The notes: generated by a model not told the origin, from the sequence alone. A stretch of DNA of 64,000 bases from Octopus sinensis (GCF_006345805.1 NC_043007.1:11718001-11782000), one strand, 5' to 3'. Shown: positions 49,125-59,844, numbered from the stretch's first letter. Made by a program: numbers and translations.

Positions 49125-49660
49125 CTGTGTGTTGGCACATGGCCTAGTGGATAGGGTTTTGTACTCACAATCGCAAGATTGTAGTTTTAATTCCTAGACT
49201 GGGTGGTGTATTGTAACCTTGAGCAAGACACTTCATCTCATGTTGTTCTGTGATCACTTCAACACCTAACATGTGGTACACCATGCACCTATTCAGACAA
49301 TGTTGATTTTATGGAGAGAGTGAGCTAATATGCAGCACGAGCATTTGATCACTATATATATATTTCTTTACTACCCACAAGGGGCTAAACATAGAGAGGA
49401 CAAATAAGGATGGACAAAGGGATTAAGTCAATTACATTGACCCCAGTGTGTAACTGGTACTTAATTTATTGACCCCGAAAGGATGAAAGGTAAAGTCGAC
49501 CTCGACAGAATTTGAACTCAGAACGTAACGGCAGACGAAATACAGCTACGCATTTCACCCGGCGTGCTAACGTTTCTGCCAGCTCGCCGTCTTCGAATCA
49601 CTATATATAAATCATTTGTGCAGGTCATTCAAGCTGAACATTCATACAGTATCTGCCCTT
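49125..49660 (+). mobile_element. Old tRNA-derived SINE hosting a nested younger SINE
   Basis: ggcacatggcctagtggataggg head; continues after the 49361-49596 insertion. Confidence 0.75.
49361..49596 (-). mobile_element. tRNA-derived SINE (family N, Deu/Nin-like core), full length with TSD
   Basis: Minus strand ggcgagctggcagaaacgttagcacgccggg..gagttcaaattc..gtcgacttt.cctttcatcctttcggggtc..aagtaccag; 13-bp TSD ATCACTATATATA at 49348-49360 and 49597-49609. The core-domain name is from memory and unverified. Confidence 0.9.
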
Positions 49661-50168
49661 ATTTTAATTAATTTTGAAAATAACGAAGAATTTAGTAAAA
49701 TAATTTTGCCATTACTAAGCTAGTGTTTGGAACATAAATTAGCATGAGAGTTTGGATGAAAGATTTTAATTTAGAACACTTTAAACCTTTTTTTTTTTTT
49801 TGTTACCCTATTTCTGTTGAAATCCTCTGCTTTTGTTTCAATTAATTCTGGGAATAATGAAGAATTTAGCAAAATAACTTTCATTATTAATCTGGTGTTT
49901 GGAACTTAAATTAACAGGAAATTTTCATGGAAGGCTTTAACTTGGATCTATTTAAGCCCTTTTGTTACTTCATTTCTGTTGAAATACACTGCCGTTCTTT
50001 CAATTAATTCTGAGAATAATAAAGAAATTAGAAAACACGTTTCCATTATTAAGCTGGAGTTCAGAACATAAATTAACATGAGATTTCGATGGAAGATTTT
50101 TAATTTAGATCACTTTAAAATGAGCTTTGTATCATAGAACCAAAAGCAGGTTGGTATCAAAAGTTTAA
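49660..50168. mobile_element. Three head-to-tail degenerate units of the 46304 MITE family
   Basis: Units restart at TTAA-(a/g)ccttt..gttac at 49781 and 49952; only the last unit keeps a degenerate far TIR (ggttggtatcaaaagtttaa). Confidence 0.75.
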
Positions 50169-50184
50169 AGCCCACTTGGCAACA

Positions 50185-50757
50185 TAACACAGAGAGGACA
50201 AACAAGGACAGACTAACGGATTAAGTCGATTATATCGACCCCAGTGCGTAACTAGTATTTATTTAATCGACCCCGAAAGGATGAAAGGCAAAGTCGACCT
50301 CGGCGGAATTTGAACTCAGAACGTAGCGGCTGACGAAATACCTATTTCTTTACTACCCACAAGGGGCTAAACACAGAGAGGACAAACAAGGACAGACAAA
50401 TGGATTAAGTCGATTATATCGACCCCAGTGTGTAACTGGTACTTATTTAATCGACCCCGAAAGGATGAAAGGCAAAGTCAACCTAGGCGGAATTTGAACT
50501 CAGAACGTAGCGGCAGATGAAATACCTATTTCTTTACTACCCACAAGGGGCTACACACAAAGAGGACAAACAAGGACAGATAAATGGATTAAGTCGATTA
50601 TATCGACCCCAGTGTGTAACTGGTACTTATTTAATCAACCCCATAAGGATGAAAGGCAAAGTCAACCTCGGCGGAATTTGAACTCAGAACATAGCAGCAG
50701 ACGAAATATGGCTACGCATTTCGCCCAGCGTGCTAACAATTCTGCCAGCTCGCCGCC
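50185..50757 (-). mobile_element. Head-to-tail trimer of SINE family N, 184-bp period
   Basis: One unit with full head (ends at 50757) followed on the minus strand by two units starting at internal gtatttc; junctions gaaatacctatttc at 50335-50348 and 50519-50532. Confidence 0.93.
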
Positions 50758-51269
50758 TTATGTCATACCAGCAAATGCCATACCACAAAGCCATGTCTGC
50801 AGGAACATCATATAAAGTAGAGAATGGTGCAGAACAGTTGCTGTTTGTGGGCTCTTGTTTATGCAGAGACATTCAGGTGGAGTGTGGTGTGGGCTATTGT
50901 TTATGGGGTTAACATTATTTACTGCAAGGGCTATTTCTGTATGTGCACAGACACTATTTTGGGTAGCGATTTGTGGTTGAGGGAGCAAGTGACCAAACAG
51001 TGAAAGAGAGCTATATGTGAAAGAAAGATATTGATAAAGCAATCAAGATAAAAGCTTTAGATAAGACCAGTAACTATGTTTCTATATAGTATTAATAATT
51101 GAATAAATACCGATATTTAAATTATCAACTCGTAAAACACATTTGAATGTACCATTAGAAAGATTAGCCTTCTACAAATAAAATGTCTATCTCTTTCTCT
51201 ATGTGTACTGAATGGGGTGTGTGTGTATTTTATTATTATTATTATTATATTATTCTATTATTATTATTA

Positions 51270-51303
<34 letters not shown>

Positions 51304-51318
51304 TCATAAATTTGTATT

Positions 51319-51714
51319 TACTCTTTACTCTTTTACTTGTTTCAGTCATTTGACTGCGGCCATGCTGGAGCACCGCCTTTAGTCGAGCAAATCGACCCCG
51401 GGACTTATTCTTTGTAAGCCCAGTACTTATTCTATCGGTCTCTTTTGCCGAACCGCTAAGTGACGGGGACGTAAACACACCAGCATCAGTTGTCAAGCAA
51501 TGCTAGGGGGACAAACACACACACATAGACACATATATATATACATATATACGACAGGCTTCTTTCAGTTTCCATCTACCAAATCCACTCACAAGGCATT
51601 GGTCGGCCCGGGGCTATAGCAGAAGACACTTTCCCAAGATGCCACGCAGTGGGACTGAACCCGGAAACATGTGGCTGGTTAGCAAGCTACTTACCACACA
51701 GCCACTCCCGCGCC
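51319..51714 (-). mobile_element. SINE family A, full length, little diverged
   Basis: ctctttactc tail to ccacacagccactcccgcgcct head. Confidence 0.93.
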
Positions 51715-52139
51715 TCATGTACTTATGAAAAAAGGTAACAAGAAACTGCTGGAATATGATCCATCTCAGATTCAGTAGTTTGTGGATGGGTGGGGTGGGG
51801 GAGAGAAAATGAAACTGTTTCCACCTGTTCATAGCATCAAATGTCATCATTTTACAGGTATTGTACTTGTGTTTGTGTGTGAGTGTGTGTATAAAGCAAG
51901 CTAAATAAAACTAAGTGTATAAAATTTCTATTTTTTTTCCCTTTCTCTCTGCCACTCTTTTCCTTTCCTTCTTTCTCAGCCTCTTCCTCTCTTTTGGTCT
52001 CCCTTGTCTCTCAATCATATAAATAGCTTCAGGGAACTTTTCTATTATTTCTCAAGAAAATAAACTCTACCATCAATCATTCTTATGGACCTAATGAAGA
52101 AATGCATGCATGTATGATGTCTCTCTCTCTCCCTCGCCT

Positions 52140-52194
52140 CATGTGTATATATATATATGTGTGTATATATATATATATATATTATATATATATA

Positions 52195-52226
<32 letters not shown>

Positions 52227-52264
52227 ATGTGTGTGTGTGTGGTGTGTGTATGTATGTATATATG

Positions 52265-52297
<33 letters not shown>

Positions 52298-53830
52298 GTG
52301 TGTGTGTGTGTATATATGTGTGTGTGTGTGTGTATATATGTATGTGTATATATATATACATGTATATATATATGTGTGTGTACATATATATGTGTATGTG
52401 TATATATATATATACATATACATGTGTGTATGTATGTATATGTGTATATATATATATGTGTGTGTATGTATGTATATATGTGTGTGTGTGTGTATGTATG
52501 TATATATGTGTGTATGTATGTATATATGTGTGTGTGTGTGTATGTATGTATATGTGTATATATATATGTGTGTGTGTGTGTGTGTATGTATGTATATATG
52601 TGTGTGTGTATATAATTACTGGTATAAGTTTAACATTAAAGCATGTAAGGATAACGAATATTTAACACATATGTAGTGTTCGTATTATTAACTTTTGGGT
52701 TATGAAATAGTGTAATTCACTTAAAATTAGTTACATTATTAGTCAAGTTCAATCGAATTTGTTTTGTTTTGGAAAGAATAGAATATAAAAGTTTTCACTT
52801 TTATATTAATAACTATGGCAGACTGGAGGGAATATTATCTGTATGGACTTCAAGAGCTTGGTTACTATTTAGTTGGATAATTTAGGAATTAGTTATAGGT
52901 TTACTTATAGAATAGAATTTATTTACCAATATCGTTTTTGTACATAGGGCAAATGTGGTTTCCTTGTTGTAGTTTAATTAATAATGTAAGTGTTTAGTCC
53001 TTCCTAGAATTAAGATTGAATGAATGTGGTGATATTGAAGGTATGTTTGTTCCCAAGAAACACTTATTTTTAGTGCTGTTGACACTACCCGGGTGTCGAA
53101 ACCATTGTGATGTCTGTGGGGCAGCTGATGATGGGGGTATGTTGGGTTGTTGGATTGCTGGCTGTTATATGTACAGAATAGTTTTATAACACATCCATTT
53201 GATATGCGTATATATATGTGTATATATATATATATATATATGTTTATATGTATGTGTGTATATATGTATGTGTATATACGTATATATATGCATGTATATA
53301 TATATATATATATATATATATGTTTATATGTATGTGTGTATATATGTATGTGTATATACGTATATATATGCATGTATATATATATATGTATGTATGTATG
53401 TATATATGTATGTATATATATGTATGTATGTATATGTATGTATGTATATGTATATATATATATGTATGTATATGTATATATATATGTATGTATATGTATG
53501 TATATGTATATATATGTATGTATATGTATATATATGTATGTATGTATATATATATGTATGCATATATATGTATATATATGTATGTATATATATATATGTA
53601 TGCATATATATGTATATATATGTATATATGTATATATATATATGTGTATGTATATATATATATGTATATATATATGTGTGTATATGTATGTATATACATA
53701 TGTATGCATATATGTATATATGTATCAATATATATGCGTGTATATATATATACATACAGAGAGAGAGAGAGAGAGAGCGAGAGATGTATGTGTATAAATA
53801 TATATCGATAAATATGTATGTATATGATGT
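52140..53830. repeat. Two TA/TG/TATG fields (52140-52615, 53200-53830)
   Basis: Direct reading; 80-bp internal duplication starting at 53241 and 53321. Confidence 0.93.
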
Positions 53831-54434
53831 GTGGTGGGGAATAGTCGGCTTTTAAGATAGAATTTATACTCAGTCAATAAAAAATAATCAATCAATGTAA
53901 GTTTAATAACTCATGCAAGTAAAACATTTTATCTTAACTTACTTCTTTCTCTCTTCCTCTTTCTTTTTTTTTATTTTATTGATGTTTTCTTTATTTTTAT
54001 TTTATTTTTGTTTTTTTGTTTTATCTATCTTACCAACAAATCTAAATTTAAAATTGGTTATATAGTTAATGTATAGTACCGATAAATATTATTTTATGTG
54101 TGTGTGTGGTGTGTGTTGACTTGCAGTACTCACTGGTCTGTAAGATCACTATCAATGGCTTCAGCATCATGTAAGCTATCTAGAGCAATTGTTTACAATT
54201 TGGGTGGGGTTGGGGTTAGTGATGGTCAATGGAGCCCTGGGACTTCACAAAGATAGTACTGGAGAAGGAGGTCTGTGAGCTGAATTTGAAATTAGGGGAA
54301 TAGATGTATGGTCAACATGGAATATTCTTTGAACTTAAAAGTGGTCTTTGGTATTTGGGGAAGTTAGGAATCAACTGATCTAGAGGAAGTCAGCCTAGCA
54401 GAACTGTGTCTCTCTGTATTTCCAAACATAATGG

Positions 54435-54800
54435 TAAACAAGAGCACTCAGAGCTCAAACCTCCACTAGGGCAACACCAACGTCCTCTCAACAATTAGCC
54501 AGAGATGATGTTTAAAATGAGAATATCTGAAATAAACTCGACTGCTCTCACAAATGAGAATACTAAAAATGAAACCCAACCGCTCTCAAAAATTAAGTAA
54601 AAAAGGGCAGGAAAAATAATCCAGAATCCTTGTCCCGCCCTGGATCGATCCCAAGATCTAATCAGTTTGTGCCAGTCATGAGGCCAAACGTCTCTGAAAG
54701 TTTCATCCGAATCCATCCAACAGTTCTTGAGATATCTTGTCCACAGACAAACAAACACGACTGAGAACAATGCCCCTGCCTTCGTTAAAGCAGAGGTAAA
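54435..54800 (+). mobile_element. Helentron-type non-autonomous element (HINE-like)
   Basis: 5' taaacaagag..cctccact subterminal motif; body aagtttcatccgaatccatccaacagttcttgagatatc..acagacaaacaaacacgac; 3' imperfect hairpin ccctgcctt-cgtt-aaagcagagg-taa; no TSD. Confidence 0.6.
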
Positions 54801-54979
54801 AATGGCAATGACCCTCTTTCATTGCAGTTCAATATCTGCCCCTTGTCTGGTACTGATCGACCTGGCTCATCTCCACCTTCCATGAATCAAACTTGGATGT
54901 TTAGTATCTGTTAATATCTGTGTGTCAAACATCCTCCTCCATAATGTAAGGTACTTGACTGGTTGTGAATGCTAATACT

Positions 54980-55520
54980 TAAGGCTGTGTGGTATTAAGT
55001 TTACCTCCCAAACATATGGTTCCAATTCTGTTATGTCTGGGGAGGGTCATTTTCTTTTTGTGCCTTGTAATGTAACACACTCACTGGTGAAATTTCCACT
55101 TACTTCTTATTTTTATTTTCAATACTCTTGACTAGAGTCAAGAGTATTGAAAATGTTGCAAGATGCAACGAAAATTTTAGGAAAATAAAAATAAGAAATA
55201 AGCGGAAATTTTACCGGTGAGTGTGTTACATTACAAAGCACAAAAAGAAAATGACTTTCCCCAGACACAAAAGAATATGTTTTAACACACGAACTCATAT
55301 AAAGAATTTTGTAAACCAAATCCAAAAACGAAATATGGTTCCAAGTTCAGTCCCATTGCATGGTACCTTGGGCAAATGTCTTCTACTGTAATCTTGAGCT
55401 GAGCAAAGCCTTGTGAGTGGATTTGGTAGCTGGAAATCAAAGAAGCCTATCATATGTGTGTGTTTGTGTGTGCGTGTGCGTGCATGTGTTTATGCGTATA
55501 TGTATGTATTCATGTGTGTG
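54980..55520 (+). mobile_element. SINE family A 5' half, split by the 55026-55332 insertion
   Basis: Removing the insert and one TSD copy restores ccaaacatatggttccaagttcagtcccattgc. Confidence 0.8.
55026..55332. mobile_element. 307-bp asymmetric fold-back insertion with 12-bp TSD (Penelope-like by inference)
   Basis: TSD ATATGGTTCCAA at 55014-55025 and 55333-55344; left arm 55026-55133 pairs with 55136-55275; central perfect 18-bp arms with 2-nt loop; 57-bp unpaired extension on the right. Confidence 0.8.
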
Positions 55521-55524
55521 TTTG

Positions 55525-55790
55525 TGCGTGTTACTACCTCCTTGCTTTGACATCACATGATAGTTGTAAATGAGTGTCACCTTCATGCAAATAGCATCTT
55601 TCATTCCCAATCTTCCATGAAAACATATCTGGTCTCATAAAAATGTTACCTAGCTTGGAAACGTGTAAGGGTTTGTGACAGGAAGGGCATCCAACTGTTG
55701 GAAAGTCTGCCTCGACAAATTCCATCCAATTGATGCAAGCATGGAAAAGTAGCCATTAAATGATGATGATGATGATGATGATGATGAAGA
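55525..55790 (+). mobile_element. SINE family C
   Basis: ctccttgctttgacatcacatga..gtgacaggaagggcatccaactg..gcaagcatggaaaagtagccattaaa(tga)n. Confidence 0.78.
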
Positions 55791-56429
55791 AGAAGAATTA
55801 TATCTTTTGTCATTTTGATGTCTCTTAAGTACATGGCAGACTATACTTTGCTGAAAAGGTTTCATAAGATTGAAATATTCAGAATTGTCATTGTTCTTAG
55901 CATAGATCTAACTCTCTTTACTGCAAATCAACTCCATTTAATCTTTAATAAATTTAGATTTCAGTTCTCTCTCTCTCTCTCTCTCCCCTTATCCCCCTCT
56001 CTCCCCCTCTCTCTCTCTCCATTTCTCTCTCATTTTCTTTTCTCTTACTAATGACTTCTCATCGTAGTGGAATTTCAATTTATTAAAAATTCTGTCTTAC
56101 TACATTCAAGATGTTAGCTTAAACTTTATATATGTGTGTGTGTGTGTATGTGTGTGTGTGTGTGTGTGTATCATGAAGAAGATATCTCTGGGAAAAAATT
56201 TTTTTCTTGTGACTACATTGGTTTGTAGGTAATATGTTTGAGAAAAGCAAAGTTTAATTGCTCAGAAGAACACACACTCACACACACACACACACAGAGG
56301 AGCTCCGATGCTTTAGCAGAATTATAATGGAAATTAGTGGCATTTCTGCTTTCCCAAACACATTACCATAATGGCTTCGATCTACAGCCAAACCTTCAAT
56401 TCATCAAGAAAATAACAACAAAAACAACA

Positions 56430-56501
56430 GTGGTGGGGGGGTAGTGGTGATGGCGGCGGTGGTGGTGGTAGTAGTAGTAGTAGTAGTATCAGTAGTAGTG
56501 A

Positions 56502-56554
<53 letters not shown>

Positions 56555-56680
56555 TCAGTAGTAGTGATGGTGGTAGTAGAAGTAGTGATGGTGGTGGTGG
56601 TGGTAGTAGTAGTAGTGATGGTGGTGGTGGTGGTAGTAGTAGGAGTCATTGTGGTGGTGGTGGTGGTAGTAGCGGTGGTG
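56430..56680. repeat. (GGT)n/(AGT)n trinucleotide tract
   Basis: Direct reading. Confidence 0.95.
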
Positions 56681-56832
56681 AAGGATTGATAAATTTGAAG
56701 AATTGCAACTACAGAGGCAGCATCGCTGGACATATACCAGCTCCCTTCTGTCTTGTGTGCCAATGCAAAACGAAATTTATTCACCGACAGACCCAGAGAG
56801 AGAAAAACGAGACAGACAGACAGGCAACTACA

Positions 56833-56878
<46 letters not shown>

Positions 56879-57225
56879 ACATACACATACACACATATAC
56901 ACACACTCATATATTATTAAAGTTTATTATTTTTAATTCAGTGGTGTGTCTGTTTTTAAAGCCATAGTTGGTCCCAATTGGCATTATCCAAGCGAAACTA
57001 ATGTCTCAAGTTTGTGAAGTCCAATATACAATGACATACCGCTCAACACTGTGCCAACACGATTGTTTACACTGATATAATGTAAATGTAAATTCTCCAG
57101 ACTTTGTTTCACTGTTGAAACCTAAATTATAGTCATGGTTTAATAGGCTTTCAAAGATTGCTCAACAGACATTGTTAATGAAGTAGTCTACTCTCACCCT
57201 CTCTCTCTCCTCTCTCTCCTCTCTT

Positions 57226-57268
<43 letters not shown>

Positions 57269-57503
57269 GTATCGCTTTCTGTCTTTCTCAATTTCTCTCT
57301 CACTCCACCTGCTTCATTTTTTCCTGCAGACATTAGCTTGCTGATGTTCAAATTTAGCATCAACTACATTCATTGATCTCGCTTTTCAATCTCAATGGTC
57401 CTGAGTTTGATCCTGCTGCACAGCACTTTGGACTAGTGTCTTCTACGATACCATTGAGCTGGCACATGAAAATTTGGCCCATCATATGTATAAACATTTA
57501 CAC

Positions 57504-57543
<40 letters not shown>

Positions 57544-57547
<4 letters not shown>

Positions 57548-57621
57548 AGTATCATTGAGCTGGTACATGTTTATACATTTGATGAGCCGAATTTTCATGT
57601 ACCAGCTCAATGATACTGTTT
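57544..57621. repeat. Perfect 26-bp inverted repeat with 26-nt loop
   Basis: aaacagtatcattgagctggtacatg (57544-57569) / catgtaccagctcaatgatactgttt (57596-57621). Confidence 0.95.
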
Positions 57622-57760
57622 TTTCTGTGTCCCTTTCTGTAGAAGAGCATAGGCTCGAAACGTAAAAGACTTTTTCTATTCCTGAGCGTTATACTAATAC
57701 AGCTGTTTGTTTTCTACACCACCTGTTTTCGTCTTTTGTTTTTTTCGTAAACTCTCCCTA
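57620..57760 (+). mobile_element. Penelope-like pseudo-LTR fragment ending in (TA)n
   Basis: Contains the hammerhead-like motif below, then a T-rich 3' segment ending aaactctccc-(TA)n. Family assignment rests on the motif architecture. Confidence 0.6.
57629..57670 (+). ncRNA. Minimal type-I hammerhead ribozyme-like motif (core variant CUGUAGA)
   Basis: Stem I CUUU(57633-36)/AAAG(57665-68); core CUGUAGA plus A (57637-44); stem II GAGC-AUAG-GCUC (57645-56); GAAA (57657-60); palindromic A-CG-U stem III; GUA triplet (57662-64). Confidence 0.6.
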
Positions 57761-57782
57761 TATATATATATATAGTATATAT

Positions 57783-57824
<42 letters not shown>

Positions 57825-57853
57825 TATGTACACACACGTATATGTATATATGT

Positions 57854-58160
57854 ATAGGTGCAGGTGTGGCTGTGTGGTAAGCAGCTTGCTTACCAACCAC
57901 ATGATTCTGGGTTCAGTCCCACTGCATAGCAACTTGGGCAGGTGTCCTCTACTATAGGTTTGTCTGAGGGTGTTTGTTCCCCCACCAATGCTTAACAACC
58001 GATGTTGGTGTGCTTACATCCCTGTAACTTAGCAGTTTGACAAAAGAGATTGATAGAATAAGTACTAACCTTACAAAAGAATGAGTCCTGGAGTCGATTT
58101 CTTTGACTAAAGGCATGCTCCAGCATGGCTGCAGTCAAATGACTGAAATAAAAAAAAGAA
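57854..58160 (+). mobile_element. SINE family A with internal deletion of the microsatellite region
   Basis: Head through gtgtcctctactatag jumps to gtttgtctgagggtgtttgttcccc; normal tail. Confidence 0.87.
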
Positions 58161-58419
58161 TATATATATATATATATATAGTGCCATCATTGCCAAGCAG
58201 CCATTAGGACTAAATGAACTTTAGGTTAGTTAAAATATGTTATGTATTTTAACTTCTAAAGGCAAATTCGGTGCAGTTACTTTGGAGAAAACACCATGTC
58301 TACTGGGAGTTTTTTTACACCTTTTACCATAAAAAAAGAATTTTTTCTTTACAGTAACTGCAATGAATTTTCTTTTAGAAGTTAAAATATGACACTAACA
58401 TATTTTTACAAACCAAATG

Positions 58420-58476
<57 letters not shown>

Positions 58477-58477
58477 T

Positions 58478-58900
58478 TCATCATCATCATCATCGTTTAA
58501 CATCCGTTTTCCATGCTAGCACAGGTTGAACGGTTCGACCAGGGTCTGAGAAGCCAGGAGGCTGCACCAGGCTCCAGTCTGATCTGGCAGTGTTTCTACA
58601 GCTGGATGCCCTTCCTAACGCTAACCACTCCATATAGTATAGTGGGTGCTTTTTACATGCCACCGGCACAGGTGCCAGGGGAGGCTGGCAGCGGCCATGA
58701 TCAGTTGGTGCTTCTTACGTGCCACCAGCACAGAAGCCAGTCAAGGTGGCGCTGGCATCAGCCACATTTGGATGGTGCTTTTTATGTGCCACCAGTACAG
58801 GTATCACAACTGCAATTTCCATTTGATATTCATTTTGATGTTGATGTACTTGACTCACTAGGTCTCCTCAAGCACAGCAGGTCACCCTATGATCCCAGGT
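58478..58900 (-). mobile_element. RTE-tail-type element, longest copy, three hairpin modules
   Basis: Repeats at 58645-58669, 58707-58731 and 58774-58798; extends ~100 bp further 5' than the 17041 copy (ctgctgtgcttgaggagacc on the minus strand). Confidence 0.87.
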
Positions 58901-59351
58901 AAATGGACCTTGGTTAGAGTTGCATAGACTAGTGATCGGTTGAAGGTGACTGGATGCAAATGCAGTTGCTAGAAGTCTGTGCAGCAGAGGTGTGTCAGAT
59001 GGGTTTAGAGCAAATGTGTTGTATAATTGACTGTAGAAGTAGAGTAATGTGCAGATGTGGTAGTCTCCATATTCATTGTAATTGTCTTAGATATACACTT
59101 GGTAAAATATTTGTAACCTTGCAAAGCAAACCCAGTATATAACCAACCATTGGATGAAATACAGTGTTAGCCACAATCCGGATTATAATTGAGTGCTCAA
59201 ATGATACCTGCCTGAATAGTGTTTAATGTTTTTTTATATCCTGTACCTATATATGCATGTATATATAAATATATATGTAGGTATGTACATATATGTATGT
59301 ATATATGCATATATTTATATATTATATTATATAGATAGATAGATAGATATT

Positions 59352-59392
<41 letters not shown>

Positions 59393-59394
<2 letters not shown>

Positions 59395-59796
59395 AGGCGT
59401 AGGAGTGGCTGTGTGGTAAGTAGCTTGCTTACCAACCACATGGTTCCAGGTTCAGTCCCACTGCGTGGCACCTTGGGCAAGTATCTTCTACTATAGCCTC
59501 AGGCCACCAAAGTCTTGTGAGTGGATTTGATAGACGCAAACTGAAAGAAGCCCGTCGTATATATGTATATATATATATGTGTGTGTGTTTGTGTGTCTGG
59601 TTTTGTTCCCCCAACATCGTTTGATAACTGATGCTGATGTGTTTACGTCCCCATAACTTAGCAGTTCGGCAAACAAGAGCGATAGAATAAGTACCAGGCT
59701 TACAAAGAACAGGTCATGGGATTGATTTGCTCGACTAAAGGCGCTGCTCCAGCATGGCCACAGTCAAATGACTGAAACAAATACAAGTGTAAAAGA

Positions 59797-59797
<1 letters not shown>
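59393..59797 (+). mobile_element. SINE family A, full length
   Basis: ataggcgtaggagtggctgtgtgg head to gactgaaacaaatacaagtgtaaaagag tail. Confidence 0.92.

Positions 59798-59844
<47 letters not shown>

Noticed and set aside
55034-55267. Simple TA-flanked MITE interpretation of the palindrome
   Set aside because: The host SINE is restored only with the 12-bp TSD boundaries (55026-55332), which include an asymmetric 57-bp extension.
58645-58798. CRISPR-like reading of the 25-nt hairpin repeats in RTE-tail elements
   Set aside because: Linkers are homologous to one another and fixed between dispersed copies, so they are diverged tandem units and not acquired spacers.
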